Origin: a virus
Virus record (IMG/VR): IMGVR_UViG_3300042340_000194
Coordinates: 11,602-75,601 of that record
Length of the DNA stretch: 64,000 nucleotides
Reading direction: 5' to 3' (one strand)
Part shown: positions 37,930-48,183 of the stretch, piece by piece
Numbering within the stretch: the first letter of the stretch is position 1
Layout of the letters: each line of letters starts with the position of its first letter
Made by a program: the position numbers and the translations under genes
Notes under the pieces: generated by a model
Databases searched by the model: none
What the model was told of the DNA's origin: nothing
The model's input: the letters and a program-made list of their open reading frames with translations, nothing else

Positions 37930-38699
37930 GGTGCCAGCCTCGCCTTACCCCAACGTTTTTCTTTGTAGTAAGCAGCGATAGCTGGCGTCCATTTTTCAAA
38001 CTCAACCATCATCAGCTCGCAGAGGGCTTGGATCTCTAGCTGTGCGTCGAGCTTCGTTCGTAGATCGAGGAAGTGCATAAGCGAACGGATGTTGAAGCTA
38101 ACTACGAAATTCTGGCGATACTCAAAGGCTAATACTCCTCGGGCGTGTTCTTCGGCTACGCCTTGATGGACTAGATCTGAATAGCGCTTAGCAGTTTCAT
38201 TCATAAGATACATGTCGTTGTCACGGTCTTCTTTGGAATACTTGTAATAGCTTCCATTTCGTCCATGATAGAGCCCCACAGGGCGTTGAAAAAATATGTC
38301 ATTGAACTTAAGCATGCTATTTATATGTCTAACATAATCCACAATCCTTGATCCTGTGTAACGCATCGACTGAACATCGAAAGAAATCCCGACCCGATGT
38401 GTACGGGCCTGTTGCATTACCGAATGAGGGAATCCTGCTACACCGAAGACAATGACGTTGTGCTCTAACGGGCCGTAATGGCCTCGTTCACCGGAGAGGA
38501 GGCGTTTAACGAGGATTAGGCCGGCATCGTGCTCGGGGGGCGGTGTCTCATCCCCCACGAAGCCTTCGGAGTAGTCCTGGTGCATGCCGAACCAAGAGGC
38601 TTGGCTGGGATTGTGGAGGGCAGTGAGGGTTTTGACGCGGAGCCGGGGGTCGCTTTGGATGATGTCCGAGGCGGTGATGGTGAGAGACATGGGGATCAA
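37926..38699 (-). CDS. thyX: flavin-dependent thymidylate synthase
   Basis: GHYGPLEH, QARTHRVGISFDVQSMRY, DAQLEIQ. Confidence 0.95.
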   Translation of the reverse strand: MIPMSLTITASDIIQSDPRLRVKTLTALHNPSQASWFGMHQDYSEGFVGDETPPPEHDAGLILVKRLLSGERGHYGPLEHNVIVFGVAGFPHSVMQQARTHRVGISFDVQSMRYTGSRIVDYVRHINSMLKFNDIFFQRPVGLYHGRNGSYYKYSKEDRDNDMYLMNETAKRYSDLVHQGVAEEHARGVLAFEYRQNFVVSFNIRSLMHFLDLRTKLDAQLEIQALCELMMVEFEKWTPAIAAYYKEKRWGKARLAP

Positions 38700-39209
38700 G
38701 AATTAAATGGTTGAGATGGGGATTGAGCTAAATCATAATCATCGACTAACTTTTTAGCAGCGCGGATCTTTCGGACTAACGTCTTCTGCTCACGCTTAGT
38801 CATCGAAGTGATATGCCAGTGATCACAGCATTGACATAGGTAGCTAGAGCCGGCGTGGCCGGTGTGTCGGAGAAAGGTAGAGATCTCGCGGCGGCTGTTG
38901 TAAGCCGCTTTGCAGCGGCATGCACCCTCTAATCTCTGGAGAAAGTTTCGGGCTTCTGCGAGTTCACAGAAGAAGTTGGGGGATTCTCCAGAAACTCCGC
39001 TGAGGATGTTTGGATTAGCCGGTGCAGCCGCTGGCGGGGCCTGTCCATGCTGGGGACTCCTGTTTTTTCTGGAGGCGGCGGGGCGCCGATGGGATAGGTG
39101 GGTAAACTTCGCCATCGGCGGGAGAGGAGAAAACGGATTAGCAATGATAATAGGAGGATGAGAGTGATGTAAGGGGTTAGCCAGAGGCGAAGCCGTTTTA
39201 GAAAAGGCA

Positions 39210-39413
39210 TCAGTCTCCACCTTCGGTGAGATAGCTAGTGGCGGAGGAATCCGCGAACCGCCGGGGGCGGGGGGCCTCACCGGAGGAGATGCTCTGGGCT
39301 CGGTCGATAGCAGCGGAGGTCTCGCTCAAGACGCTCACCAGGGGGCTGGCGACGGGAGCGAGTTCCTGGAGCAGGGCTGCGGCGGCGGCGAAGAACGGGA
39401 GGGGTTTAGACAT
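39210..39413 (-). CDS. hypothetical protein
   Basis: Likely start MSKPLPFF. Confidence 0.4.
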   Translation of the reverse strand: MSKPLPFFAAAAALLQELAPVASPLVSVLSETSAAIDRAQSISSGEAPRPRRFADSSATSYLTEGGD

Positions 39414-39789
39414 GGGGAAGTTCGTCGAGGGGTTCAATAAGGTTGCTGCTAAGCAACGAGGCGCGGTAGCGATTAACCGCCGCGTGGAGGATGTAGGCGG
39501 GCTGGATGTGAAGCAGCTTCGCCAGGTCTCGTATGAACTCGTCGTTCTCGGGGGAGAGTGACGTGTTGAATCGCTGAGTCAGCTTGGTCGATGTTGGTCG
39601 GTAGCTGTCTGCTCGCTCCTGGCTGATGGCTCCTTGTGCGACGGCTGTGGTGAGCCGTTGGTGTACGGCCTGGCGGCTGATGTCTAACCTCCTCCCGACT
39701 TCTGCGTAATTGCAGACACCGTATTTGGTTAGAACCTCTTCGCAGGTATCAAGGATTGATTGAAGAGAAGTCTTCGAGACGTAAGTCAT
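39406..39789 (-). CDS. HTH DNA-binding protein
   Basis: YAEVGRRLDISRQAVHQRL. Confidence 0.65.
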   Translation of the reverse strand: MTYVSKTSLQSILDTCEEVLTKYGVCNYAEVGRRLDISRQAVHQRLTTAVAQGAISQERADSYRPTSTKLTQRFNTSLSPENDEFIRDLAKLLHIQPAYILHAAVNRYRASLLSSNLIEPLDELPHV

Positions 39790-39970
39790 CTGGACGGTGA
39801 AGCGAGGGGATGCTGAAGTCCCCTGGCGGGAAGAAGCGATACGGTTGGTCGCAGTTTTTTAAGTTTTGATTGGCTTGCTGGATCTCCTCCTCGGTGGCTG
39901 TTGTTTGGTAGAGGATTACTCCGGTTTCCAGGTGGTGCATGGCGTAGACCGCGTGGATATTGGAAGACAT
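39749..39970 (-). CDS. hypothetical protein
   Basis: ORF in array. Confidence 0.45.
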   Translation of the reverse strand: MSSNIHAVYAMHHLETGVILYQTTATEEEIQQANQNLKNCDQPYRFFPPGDFSIPSLHRPDDLRLEDFSSINP

Positions 39971-40105
39971 GCAGAGGCAAGCCTTTTAGGAGGCTTAAAG
40001 GAGATTTAGAGAACTCCGTTGCAGCGGGCGCAGTGCCGGGGAGGCTGGTCGGGCCTTCATAGTCTGGCGCAGGGGGTGAGGAGGTGGGGTTCTGCATGGG
40101 GCGGC

Positions 40106-40522
40106 CTAGGCGGGAAGGTGGTGGGCCAGGCCACGTTGGAGGGTCCTGAGTTTGTCTTGAGATATTGTTGCTGAGTTGTTGAGGCTAATCGCGTCATTAC
40201 TGTCGATCATCTCCTGTAATAGCTTGTGCATCTGCGATGGTGTGGGGTGTATGTTGTGGATATTGTCGGCAATATTGCTGAGCTGATTCCATGCTCGAAA
40301 CTGCTCCCCAGATACTGCTCCAGGATAAGATTGCCTCATTGCTTCACGGAGGGCAGCACTGAAGAAGCGGCGGATTACTTGCACTTCTAAAGTAGTTATG
40401 CCATCTAAATCTAATAGGCAATTTCCAAGCATATCACTACTGAGTACGGCTTTAGATTGCTCTGTTAACGGAGGGAACTCTTCGTAGGGGTTCACGGATT
40501 TGACTGGAATAGTTGATGGCAT
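40106..40522 (-). CDS. hypothetical protein, paralogue of 36653..37090
   Basis: Shared motifs. Confidence 0.65.
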   Translation of the reverse strand: MPSTIPVKSVNPYEEFPPLTEQSKAVLSSDMLGNCLLDLDGITTLEVQVIRRFFSAALREAMRQSYPGAVSGEQFRAWNQLSNIADNIHNIHPTPSQMHKLLQEMIDSNDAISLNNSATISQDKLRTLQRGLAHHLPA

Positions 40523-40686
40523 TGTAGATCAGCAGAGGTTAATAAGAAGATAAAGCGTCATGAGCTGGCCTACCACAGCGGCGATAGAAAGGTCTAATGA
40601 CGGGGATTTGATGTTGTACCCCATCAACCCTCCGGTGAGAAAGCTGATGAGGAGGGTTAAGGCTATCTCGACTCCCTTTTGCATAG

Positions 40687-40962
40687 TCATGAGATCATCT
40701 GCTCCAGGGTGACTACATCAGGCTCGTTACGAGCTATCGCAGCATTTGCCCACATCATGGCTTCCTCAATCTTAGTTAAAGCGAGCGATTGCTCGCGGGA
40801 ACGTGGGGTGAGATCGAGGACGAGCTGAGCTAGAGATTTAGCGTTTTCTCTGAGTAAGAAATACTTAGAGACTTGGTCAGGGCTGGGAGTGTGATAGCAG
40901 AAGATGTTGTTAATGTTGTAAGGGTGCGGAGAAGTGGCGGGATTGTCGTGAGTAGAGGCCAT
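40687..40962 (-). CDS. Acb2/Tad1-like hairpin protein, candidate immune-signal sponge
   Basis: FCYHTP..REQSLALTKIEEAMMWANAAIAR. Confidence 0.65.
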   Translation of the reverse strand: MASTHDNPATSPHPYNINNIFCYHTPSPDQVSKYFLLRENAKSLAQLVLDLTPRSREQSLALTKIEEAMMWANAAIARNEPDVVTLEQMIS

Positions 40963-41011
40963 TGGTGCAAAATCGGATGATAGTGGAAGTTTAGAGCGTA
41001 GCCGCTGGTTA

Positions 41012-42028
41012 TCAGCAGACTTCGCTCCAGTCGATAGAAATCGCCGGGTGGAGTTCTCCGTCTACAAGCAGTTGCGCAAAGTCTTTGGCCGAGTGATCCA
41101 AGACCATTTCCTGGATAAACTCGGACAGCTTGCGGCGTTGCGCTTTGGTAGGGACGGTGGTAGGAGAGGGGGGCGTGGCTACGGGCTCGGGGGTACGGGC
41201 CCAGGGGGCACATCCTCTATTCACCACCAGGCTTACTTGTGGAACTACTTCAACCTTCGCTGCAGCGGCTGCCACCACTACTTCTTTCTCCTCTTCTGCT
41301 CTCGCGGCACGTTGCTCGGCGGCTTCGGTTTTCTTACGCTCCGCGTCCAGCGCGGTAGCGGCCTCTGCCTCCGCTTCTTCTTTAGCCTTGGCTGCGGCCT
41401 TATCAGCTATATCCTGCTCCCGTTTAACACGGGCAGCTTCTGCAGCATCCTTGCGCTCTTGTTCCCTTCGGGCCGCCGCTTCTTCAGTGTCCAAAGCGGC
41501 TTGGAGGGTTTGCTCCAACGCGGCGGTAGCAATGACTAGCTCCGCATCCGCCTTAGGGGTAAACTCTTCAAAGGTTTTATGGTCAATCCCCTTCAGGATG
41601 TCTAGGTATTCCTGGATCTGTGCGGATCCAACTCCTACTGGAGCTTTCCCCATGTCGATGATGACCTGAATATTGTTTTCGTGCTCTGCTATACGAGCAT
41701 CTTCTTCATCTTTGATACTCTTGAGGATTGTTTCATGAGGCGTTATGAGCGATGTAACACGCGCTTCTAGTTTTTTAGAGAATGTGTTGACATCTTGAAT
41801 ATATGTTTGAGCTGCTTCATTCTGCGCTTTGCGAGTCTTATCAACCGAAGCTCTTACTTTACGCAGCTTGGCTACATAACTACGCGCTCTCTTATTTACA
41901 TCGGGATTTTTATAGTCACCAAAATCGGCTATTGCTTCTTTTTCCGCTATTTTAATGTCTGAAGTGACACGGTCAAACGGTGTAAATACTTCAGTATCCA
42001 GAATTGGGGCAGTGGTAGCGAGAGTCAT
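41012..42028 (-). CDS. coiled-coil phage protein
   Basis: 338 aa, E/A/K-rich. Confidence 0.65.
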   Translation of the reverse strand: MTLATTAPILDTEVFTPFDRVTSDIKIAEKEAIADFGDYKNPDVNKRARSYVAKLRKVRASVDKTRKAQNEAAQTYIQDVNTFSKKLEARVTSLITPHETILKSIKDEEDARIAEHENNIQVIIDMGKAPVGVGSAQIQEYLDILKGIDHKTFEEFTPKADAELVIATAALEQTLQAALDTEEAAARREQERKDAAEAARVKREQDIADKAAAKAKEEAEAEAATALDAERKKTEAAEQRAARAEEEKEVVVAAAAAKVEVVPQVSLVVNRGCAPWARTPEPVATPPSPTTVPTKAQRRKLSEFIQEMVLDHSAKDFAQLLVDGELHPAISIDWSEVC

Positions 42029-42340
42029 GACGTGGAGGGGCGAGAGGAGTAAAGAGAGACGGCAGCGCGGGTGGTGGTAGACGCTCGATGGAGGTTCCGC
42101 CCTGCAGCGAGGATGTCGCAGACCACTGCCGGGGGAAGATCTTTGAGATGGCCCTGCCGCAGGAGTAGAGCGAGATGAGCTTTGATTTGGTCGAGTCGAT
42201 TGGCTGTGTTGTTTAGTTCTACGGCTCGTTGGTAGCTTCTGCCATGGGGGGATTGGAGGTTGTGTGGTTGAGATAACTGGAGGGATGGCATCAAGGGATA
42301 AAGGGAGGTAGAGGGGAGAGCTAGTGCTATCCCCGTGGGG

Positions 42341-42733
42341 TTAACTAGAGGTGGTGTCCTCCTGCTCCGCACGCTTGTCGATTTTCTGGTAGGCAAGTTT
42401 GAGTAGCTCGTCTACAGAAAGTTCAGCGGCGTTGAGGAAGACATCGTCTAGGGCATGGCGGTCTGCGGTTTTGACAGATCCTGCGGATTTGAGATGGATG
42501 GATAGTTGTTTACCCACAGCAGATTGTAGGTAATAACGCCCAGTATCCCACACGGGATCGCAGTAACCTATCCCTGTTTCTACTGATAGCTCAGCAACGA
42601 CGAAGCTAGAAAGAAGGAAAGATCTCTCTCCCCATCTTAGTGCTAGTTGTTTACCGTCAGAGACTAGATTGACACCTTGCTCGTTAAACCGCCGATGGTC
42701 CGCATCGCTGCTTGTATGCGAGAACACGACCAT
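42341..42733 (-). CDS. hypothetical protein
   Basis: ORF in array. Confidence 0.55.
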   Translation of the reverse strand: MVVFSHTSSDADHRRFNEQGVNLVSDGKQLALRWGERSFLLSSFVVAELSVETGIGYCDPVWDTGRYYLQSAVGKQLSIHLKSAGSVKTADRHALDDVFLNAAELSVDELLKLAYQKIDKRAEQEDTTSS

Positions 42734-42736
42734 GGA

Positions 42737-43096
42737 TCAATACCGCAAAGCGGCGATCTCTTCAGGGGTTTTCTTGAGGAGTTTGGCCAGCTCGTTTTCT
42801 GATTTTGGTAGCAGCATTCGTAGGCGATTGCGCTCCGTGAGGCGCTCGGAGATTAGCTTTTTTGCTTCGCCTCTAGTAGTCAGGGCTGATTCGGCTTCAG
42901 CCTCTTCGAAGATAGCTAGTGTGCTGTCTTTTGTAATAAGCTCGGAGGGAGTAATTAACAATTCGGGACCTACATCACCTACATTGAGCAAGGACTCGCT
43001 GGAAATGAAACACTCACGAGGATCGTTATTGGATTGGGCGGGCTCGGGGGGAGTGGTGGGGCCGCCCATGCTGCGACTGAAGGAAGGTGAAGACAT
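42737..43096 (-). CDS. hypothetical protein
   Basis: ORF in array. Confidence 0.55.
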   Translation of the reverse strand: MSSPSFSRSMGGPTTPPEPAQSNNDPRECFISSESLLNVGDVGPELLITPSELITKDSTLAIFEEAEAESALTTRGEAKKLISERLTERNRLRMLLPKSENELAKLLKKTPEEIAALRY

Positions 43097-43222
43097 CAGA
43101 GGGTGGTAATGGAAAAAGAAGGGGGAATTAACTCAATCAAGGTTAATTAGGTGTGGGCGTTACAAGAGTAACGGGGGGCTTTAGAGGACCTTGGGCAGAC
43201 CCCCACCTTCAGTGATTCGGTC

Positions 43223-43474
43223 TTAAATATAAAGCACCCCCTTAGTGTCATTCACCTCGCGCCAGTATTCGGGCCAGGAGGGTTGAGTGCGTGGGAGAGC
43301 AGTGGAGTCACACCTAGCCCTAAACCAGGCGTAGCGGGCTTGCATGCGGCGGCCTCGACGAGGGACAGCGGGCCAGTTTGCAATGTTCTTGGCGGCGAGG
43401 TTTACCTCGCGAGAGGATGCAATGGGGAGAGATGCGCAACTTTGGGCTATTCGTCGGATCTTGCGGAGGTTCAT
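43223..43474 (-). CDS. basic hypothetical protein
   Basis: ORF in array. Confidence 0.45.
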   Translation of the reverse strand: MNLRKIRRIAQSCASLPIASSREVNLAAKNIANWPAVPRRGRRMQARYAWFRARCDSTALPRTQPSWPEYWREVNDTKGVLYI

Positions 43475-43519
43475 GGGAGGAGAAAGAGAGGGAGGGAAGA
43501 AAGGGGGAGGAAGAGTTAG

Positions 43520-43780
43520 TCAGGCTGCGATAAAGTCTGCGCAGATGACGCATTGCTGTAGTCCGGGTACAGCAATGCCGATCAATTCGACCTTAACCAT
43601 ATCTGGGCTTTCACACCATGCACTGCAATGGGAAGGGCTGCACCAATCCATTAGTTCGCCATCTCCATTAGGGCGAATGTTTCTTGCTGTATCCTCATCC
43701 TTCGCGCATACAACAGCACTCTTGAAAGTGTCATAATCGTCTGCTTCTAAGTCTTCTCGGCTGATTTTGTAGATGTTCAT
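43520..43780 (-). CDS. conserved phage hypothetical protein
   Basis: DYDTFKSAVVCAKDEDTARNIRP..VELIGIA. Confidence 0.65.
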   Translation of the reverse strand: MNIYKISREDLEADDYDTFKSAVVCAKDEDTARNIRPNGDGELMDWCSPSHCSAWCESPDMVKVELIGIAVPGLQQCVICADFIAA

Positions 43781-44005
43781 GGTTGGGACTTGCTGCTTTT
43801 GGGTCCAAATGGCACCCAGTGATGGGTAATTCCAGGAAACTGGAGATTTAATCCGCTAACCACTTCTTCGGGATTTGGTAGATGTACACCCTGACCAACA
43901 CCTTGTGCGCCGGTCAGGGCACTGCGCCAGTGTATGTGGCCAAACTGCGAGTCATTCTGCGGGTCCATAGAATTGCCTCTGTGATGATGGATGAATGGAT
44001 AAAAG

Positions 44006-44197
44006 TTAATCAGAGTCGATTTCAACAAATCGCAGATTGTGGCGGTAGAAACCTTCCGCGACTAGATCGTCGATAGCATTGATAGCTTCTAGATCATCAG
44101 CAAATTCGTTGTCTTCATTTACAATGCCATGCCCTAGCAAGCTGGGATCATCAGTCCAGTGACCATCATGAAAAGTTTCGATGCGGTAATAAGCCAT
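44006..44197 (-). CDS. small acidic hypothetical protein
   Basis: Likely start MAYYRIET. Confidence 0.5.
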   Translation of the reverse strand: MAYYRIETFHDGHWTDDPSLLGHGIVNEDNEFADDLEAINAIDDLVAEGFYRHNLRFVEIDSD

Positions 44198-44253
44198 GGT
44201 TGTTGATGCGATGGAATTGAATTGATTGCCGGGAAGCCCCGGCGGGCTGGGGG

Positions 44254-45360
44254 TCAAACCAAAGCAAGGCACGCTTCGCGAGCACGCTCGATGCGCTGGG
44301 AGCCGGCTCCGCCGTAGAGAGCCTCCAGGCGGCCACGGGCCCGATCGAGAGGGTCCTTCGCCCGCCCGGTGTCCCAAGTGGTGTACTGGGTGATGGCGTT
44401 GTAGAGCCCCCAAAGGGAACCACGCATGCCAGGGAAGTCGAAGCCGATCCCAGTGTCGCCATAGGCGTGGCTGCGGATTGCATCCACCTCGTCGTTGAGA
44501 TCTAGCAGTGTGCGCTTGCGCATTGTCGAACGGTCGGTGCTGGTGCGGTCACGGATGGGGACTGCGAGGCGATCCGCGAAGGCAGCGCTCAATACCTGTG
44601 CGGCATGTTCAGTGGTCACCTGGACATCCGCCATGGCGCGGAAGCCCTCGATTGTGGTGTGGAATTGCTGGATCTCCGCGTCTATGATACCGGGAAGACG
44701 ACGGATAAATTCCGTGATCCCACGGCTGTGCCTGTGCTTAAGCGCATCGCCTTTCTTAGTGGCTTGGTTGAACACCGTGCCGTCGAAGTATGATAGTTGA
44801 TTGGCGCAGAACAGTCGTTTATCTGTGAAGTAAGCGCGGAGAGAGCTACCCTTGTGGCCGTTACTTAGATGGAGGTAGCGGCGGACTACGTCGCCGGGGA
44901 GGACATCATTCTGAGCGTTGATTGTAGCCGTGATGTAGACACGCTCGCCTCCGTTGATGGAGAGGATGTCCTCTATTTGGGCGCGGCCTTCTAGAGCATC
45001 GAAGATGCCTCTAAGTTCGTGGTTCTGGACAGGGGTATAGCCAGGGCCGTGGATGGCCAGGAGCCCACCTGTGTCGGAGCGGACGATGGATTTATAGGCT
45101 GCGGTTGGGTGATATGCACCACCGGGGACTCCAGTGGTAAAGCCCACATCGGTGGTGTCTGCAGTCCAGGTGAGTCCAGCCTGGGAGAAGGCGGCCTCGG
45201 GGGTGGCGTCGGAGGAGACAAGGATGCCGCCAGCTACCTCGCTGAGGGGGTTGACGGCGTAACCGGCGGCGCGGTAGTTGCCGTAGACCATGAGACCCTT
45301 GCCGTCACGAGCAAAGGCTTGATCGACAGTGGTGCTGGTCTGGTTGAAGGAGTTCTGCAT
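44254..45360 (-). CDS. DUF932/DUF945-family protein
   Basis: VRSDTG..YTPVQN..LSNGH..RLFCANQL..GSLWGLYNAITQY. Confidence 0.8.
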   Translation of the reverse strand: MQNSFNQTSTTVDQAFARDGKGLMVYGNYRAAGYAVNPLSEVAGGILVSSDATPEAAFSQAGLTWTADTTDVGFTTGVPGGAYHPTAAYKSIVRSDTGGLLAIHGPGYTPVQNHELRGIFDALEGRAQIEDILSINGGERVYITATINAQNDVLPGDVVRRYLHLSNGHKGSSLRAYFTDKRLFCANQLSYFDGTVFNQATKKGDALKHRHSRGITEFIRRLPGIIDAEIQQFHTTIEGFRAMADVQVTTEHAAQVLSAAFADRLAVPIRDRTSTDRSTMRKRTLLDLNDEVDAIRSHAYGDTGIGFDFPGMRGSLWGLYNAITQYTTWDTGRAKDPLDRARGRLEALYGGAGSQRIERAREACLALV

Positions 45361-45396
45361 GAAGGTGGGGGGGGCCGCGATTGCGGGTATGAGGTC

Positions 45397-45425
45397 AACC
45401 TATCAAGAACAGGAGAGGTTGTCAA
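45397..45425 (-). promoter_or_regulatory. sigma-70-type promoter for the DUF932 gene
   Basis: TTGACA-17 nt-TAGGTT. Confidence 0.75.
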
Positions 45426-45509
45426 CCTGTTGATAGGGGGCAGGTTAGAAAGCCTGCGACGACTGGACTTACGTCAACGTGGTTGACCGCCAGGCGGATA
45501 AGGCGAAGC

Positions 45510-46118
45510 CTAGGAGGGTTCCCTTATGGCGTCCAGATGGGCAACGAGGTAGCTCTCGATGGCGCGGAGGTGGTCAAAGATCTCGTTGCGGGATTTTCGA
45601 GCAGCTTCGAAGCTCCCGTCCGGTAGGTCTTGGTAATTGCGCCCGTGGAAGTCAATCTTTAGGAACAGGGCCGACGCTGCATTCTGAGCATCAAGAGCCT
45701 CGGTATAATCTTTTACCAGTGATTCACGGGTGTTGCCGTTTATATTGATCCTAGGGAGGATAAGCTCGGGGGGCTGTGGGGTGGAAGGTTGGGTCATTGG
45801 AGGAGGGGTTGGATTAGACTGAAGATCGAGTTGTAATTGAGTGGTCTTAGCTAGCCGCCGCAGTTCTATAGCGGTAGCTAGCCCGGCATTGGTGAGGCGC
45901 AGGTTGAAGTAAGGAGGGTCAGTGTGTTGGTGCTCGACAATTACGATTAGATGTAATCGTTGGAGAACGTAGGCAGTTTTTCTAAAGCGTTGAGAGTTTA
46001 TGGCTATAGCTGTAGCCCCTGCGTTTAGGAGGTTTAGGAGTAGCCGCTGTTGAGCTATAGAGAGCTTAAAGCTATAGCTGCCGTCAGGTTTGAGTTTAAG
46101 GGCTTTCGGGGATTTCAT
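45510..46118 (-). CDS. hypothetical protein (possibly two fused genes)
   Basis: Internal MTQPST after a Pro-rich linker. Confidence 0.55.
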   Translation of the reverse strand: MKSPKALKLKPDGSYSFKLSIAQQRLLLNLLNAGATAIAINSQRFRKTAYVLQRLHLIVIVEHQHTDPPYFNLRLTNAGLATAIELRRLAKTTQLQLDLQSNPTPPPMTQPSTPQPPELILPRININGNTRESLVKDYTEALDAQNAASALFLKIDFHGRNYQDLPDGSFEAARKSRNEIFDHLRAIESYLVAHLDAIREPS

Positions 46119-46303
46119 GGCTCATCCTCATCTTTCTCATCAATAACGGGTGGTTCGGCTTCGTGTTTGGTGATGGCTCTTGTCCATCTACCGATGTACT
46201 CCTTGAGCATTTCACGGCGTTCATCGTCATAGAGTAAATCACTGGAAAAGATTGAAGCGTCGATGCCTTCGCAGGCGTCTTCTAGATACTTGAGCATGTT
46301 CAT
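46115..46303 (-). CDS. hypothetical protein
   Basis: Overlapping junctions. Confidence 0.55.
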   Translation of the reverse strand: MNMLKYLEDACEGIDASIFSSDLLYDDERREMLKEYIGRWTRAITKHEAEPPVIDEKDEDEP

Positions 46304-46464
46304 GGTTGATCAGAAGGTAAAGTCTCATCTAAGTGGTCGGTCATCCTTAGTACAACATTGTTGTAAGTGACTTCTAGATCGTGCGCCTCTTGGCGAAGCG
46401 CTAGCGCTCGGTTGTAGATGGCTGTGCCGATTCTGACAAGAGCATCAATTTGTGGTTCGGTCAT
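46300..46464 (-). CDS. 54 aa hypothetical protein (not in ORF track)
   Basis: MTEPQIDALVRIG..; ATGA overlap with the next gene; preceded by the leader hairpin. Confidence 0.5.
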   Translation of the reverse strand: MTEPQIDALVRIGTAIYNRALALRQEAHDLEVTYNNVVLRMTDHLDETLPSDQP

Positions 46465-46468
46465 CGGA

Positions 46469-46837
46469 TCAACCGGCTTTAGCCGGGACAGAGGGTGATG
46501 GTAAATTAGTTATCCTTAGCGCCCAGTACCCATCTTGACGCTCCTGCCATTCGCCTGCGCGGATACTGCGCCCATCGTCGGTTTCAACCTCTATGAATCG
46601 AGGACCTTCTGGCCCAGGCGGACCGTCAAAGATAATATTCACAGCTTCTACTTTAGTGGTAGAAGCTGCTGGGGCTGGACAAAGTGTTTGGATAAGCAGA
46701 TCGGCGGATGCTTTGTTGTTGAAGTAGGCAACGATCCCACCGGATTGTTCGTCTACGACTCCGTACCAATCCGGCATCCACTGAAACAGATAATGCGAAG
46801 TGTCGATGTCGGTAATCCAAAAACGTGAGTTACTCAT
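46469..46837 (-). CDS. hypothetical protein
   Basis: Likely start MSNSRFW; FDGPPGPEGPRFIEVE motif. Confidence 0.55.
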   Translation of the reverse strand: MSNSRFWITDIDTSHYLFQWMPDWYGVVDEQSGGIVAYFNNKASADLLIQTLCPAPAASTTKVEAVNIIFDGPPGPEGPRFIEVETDDGRSIRAGEWQERQDGYWALRITNLPSPSVPAKAG

Positions 46838-47065
46838 GATGGGTGTTCGCCGGCTGCTGCCGGAGAGAAGGAGGTAAAAGAGGAAGACAGTGGTGTGGCT
46901 GATGTCTAGTATAAAGCATGTTTGCTCGTGCCATATCTTCACGCAGTATGATGTTATCAATCATCCAAGTAATTACCCAATCATTGTGTGCATCCCAGTC
47001 TGTAAACAGGGTGTTACATGGATCCGGCTCATAAATGGGATCTCGATACTTGCCGTGGTAAAGGC

Positions 47066-47281
47066 TCATGGCTTTACTAAGAAATATTGACTGGTTTCCC
47101 CATTGATGCGTTCCGACTTAGATACGCCTACGACTGTTCCGTCTCTCTTCTTCCAGTCAGAGGTGTATGGATAAGGAGTTCTGCGCAAATAAGGATGAAC
47201 GTCAATGCCTTTTTTAGACAGTTCGTTGATTATTGCATAGAATTGTTCTTGTGTAACTGGAGTGAGGTTGTTAGTGCTCAT
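47066..47281 (-). CDS. hypothetical protein
   Basis: Likely start MSTNNLTP. Confidence 0.55.
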   Translation of the reverse strand: MSTNNLTPVTQEQFYAIINELSKKGIDVHPYLRRTPYPYTSDWKKRDGTVVGVSKSERINGETSQYFLVKP

Positions 47282-47285
47282 GGGG

Positions 47286-47738
47286 TCAACCGGCGTTAGC
47301 CGGGGCGAGGGTGTTCTTATTCTTAGCAAACGGGAGAAGGGGTGGTGGCGCCTGATTGGGCCTTACCGCATAGAGCACACCGAGGATGCCGTTGACATCG
47401 CCATTTCGCAGATACTTGGCTCGCTCGTGAGCCTGCTTTCGAGCGTGTACACCGGTCTCATCATCGCTCTCGCTCTGATAGCGCTCATCCAGTTGCCAGC
47501 CAGAAACGTCAGACCAGTCGTGTTCATCGGAATAGTCCTCGCACATCCATACGCTGTAGATGGTATTGGGGTTGGGGTAAAGGTCCATGGGGCTAATTGC
47601 GACCTGCACGTTTACCCAATAGACACCGTACTGGTCCGGGCAATACGAAAGGTCCTCAGGGTCATCGCCAATTCGGACTTCGGCTTCGTCATAGTTGGCG
47701 CGGATGGCGTCGCGCAGTCGTTCTTCAATGGTGCTCAT
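47286..47738 (-). CDS. acidic hypothetical protein
   Basis: 150 aa ORF. Confidence 0.55.
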   Translation of the reverse strand: MSTIEERLRDAIRANYDEAEVRIGDDPEDLSYCPDQYGVYWVNVQVAISPMDLYPNPNTIYSVWMCEDYSDEHDWSDVSGWQLDERYQSESDDETGVHARKQAHERAKYLRNGDVNGILGVLYAVRPNQAPPPLLPFAKNKNTLAPANAG

Positions 47739-47749
47739 GATTGTTTACC

Positions 47750-47977
47750 TTAGGATACTTTTAACAATTGACGGACTTTAGCTGGATGGGTCTGTAGCCA
47801 GTTAACTAGATCATCAAATGGTACTTTTAGCCCAAAGTCGTATGTGAGTTGGTTGTCGTTGTACCACAAGTTGAGGTCTAGGCGGTCCTGATGGGAACTA
47901 GCCTCAACCGGGTCCTCAAAGAGAAGCCCGTCAGTTGTAGCAAAGCGCTCAACTTTTTTAACAGTCATGGTAGCCAC
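47750..47977 (-). CDS. hypothetical protein
   Basis: FATTDGLLFED motif. Confidence 0.55.
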   Translation of the reverse strand: MATMTVKKVERFATTDGLLFEDPVEASSHQDRLDLNLWYNDNQLTYDFGLKVPFDDLVNWLQTHPAKVRQLLKVS

Positions 47978-48183
47978 CGCATAATAATGATCCCCTCAGG
48001 AGTGAAACGGACACGTTTTTGTTCGTGGTCAAGCTCAACCAGATCTGGGGGGCTTTGGTCTACAACATGTGGCCAAAGAGGGGTGCTGCATTGACGCCAG
48101 CCATCCCCAATGTCAGGGCTACGCTCGATTAGGCGGAGCATGATTTTTTGATTGTCTGTAATTGATGGTTTAGCGGTGCTCAT
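47965..48183 (-). CDS. hypothetical protein
   Basis: ORF in array. Confidence 0.55.
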   Translation of the reverse strand: MSTAKPSITDNQKIMLRLIERSPDIGDGWRQCSTPLWPHVVDQSPPDLVELDHEQKRVRFTPEGIIIMRWLP

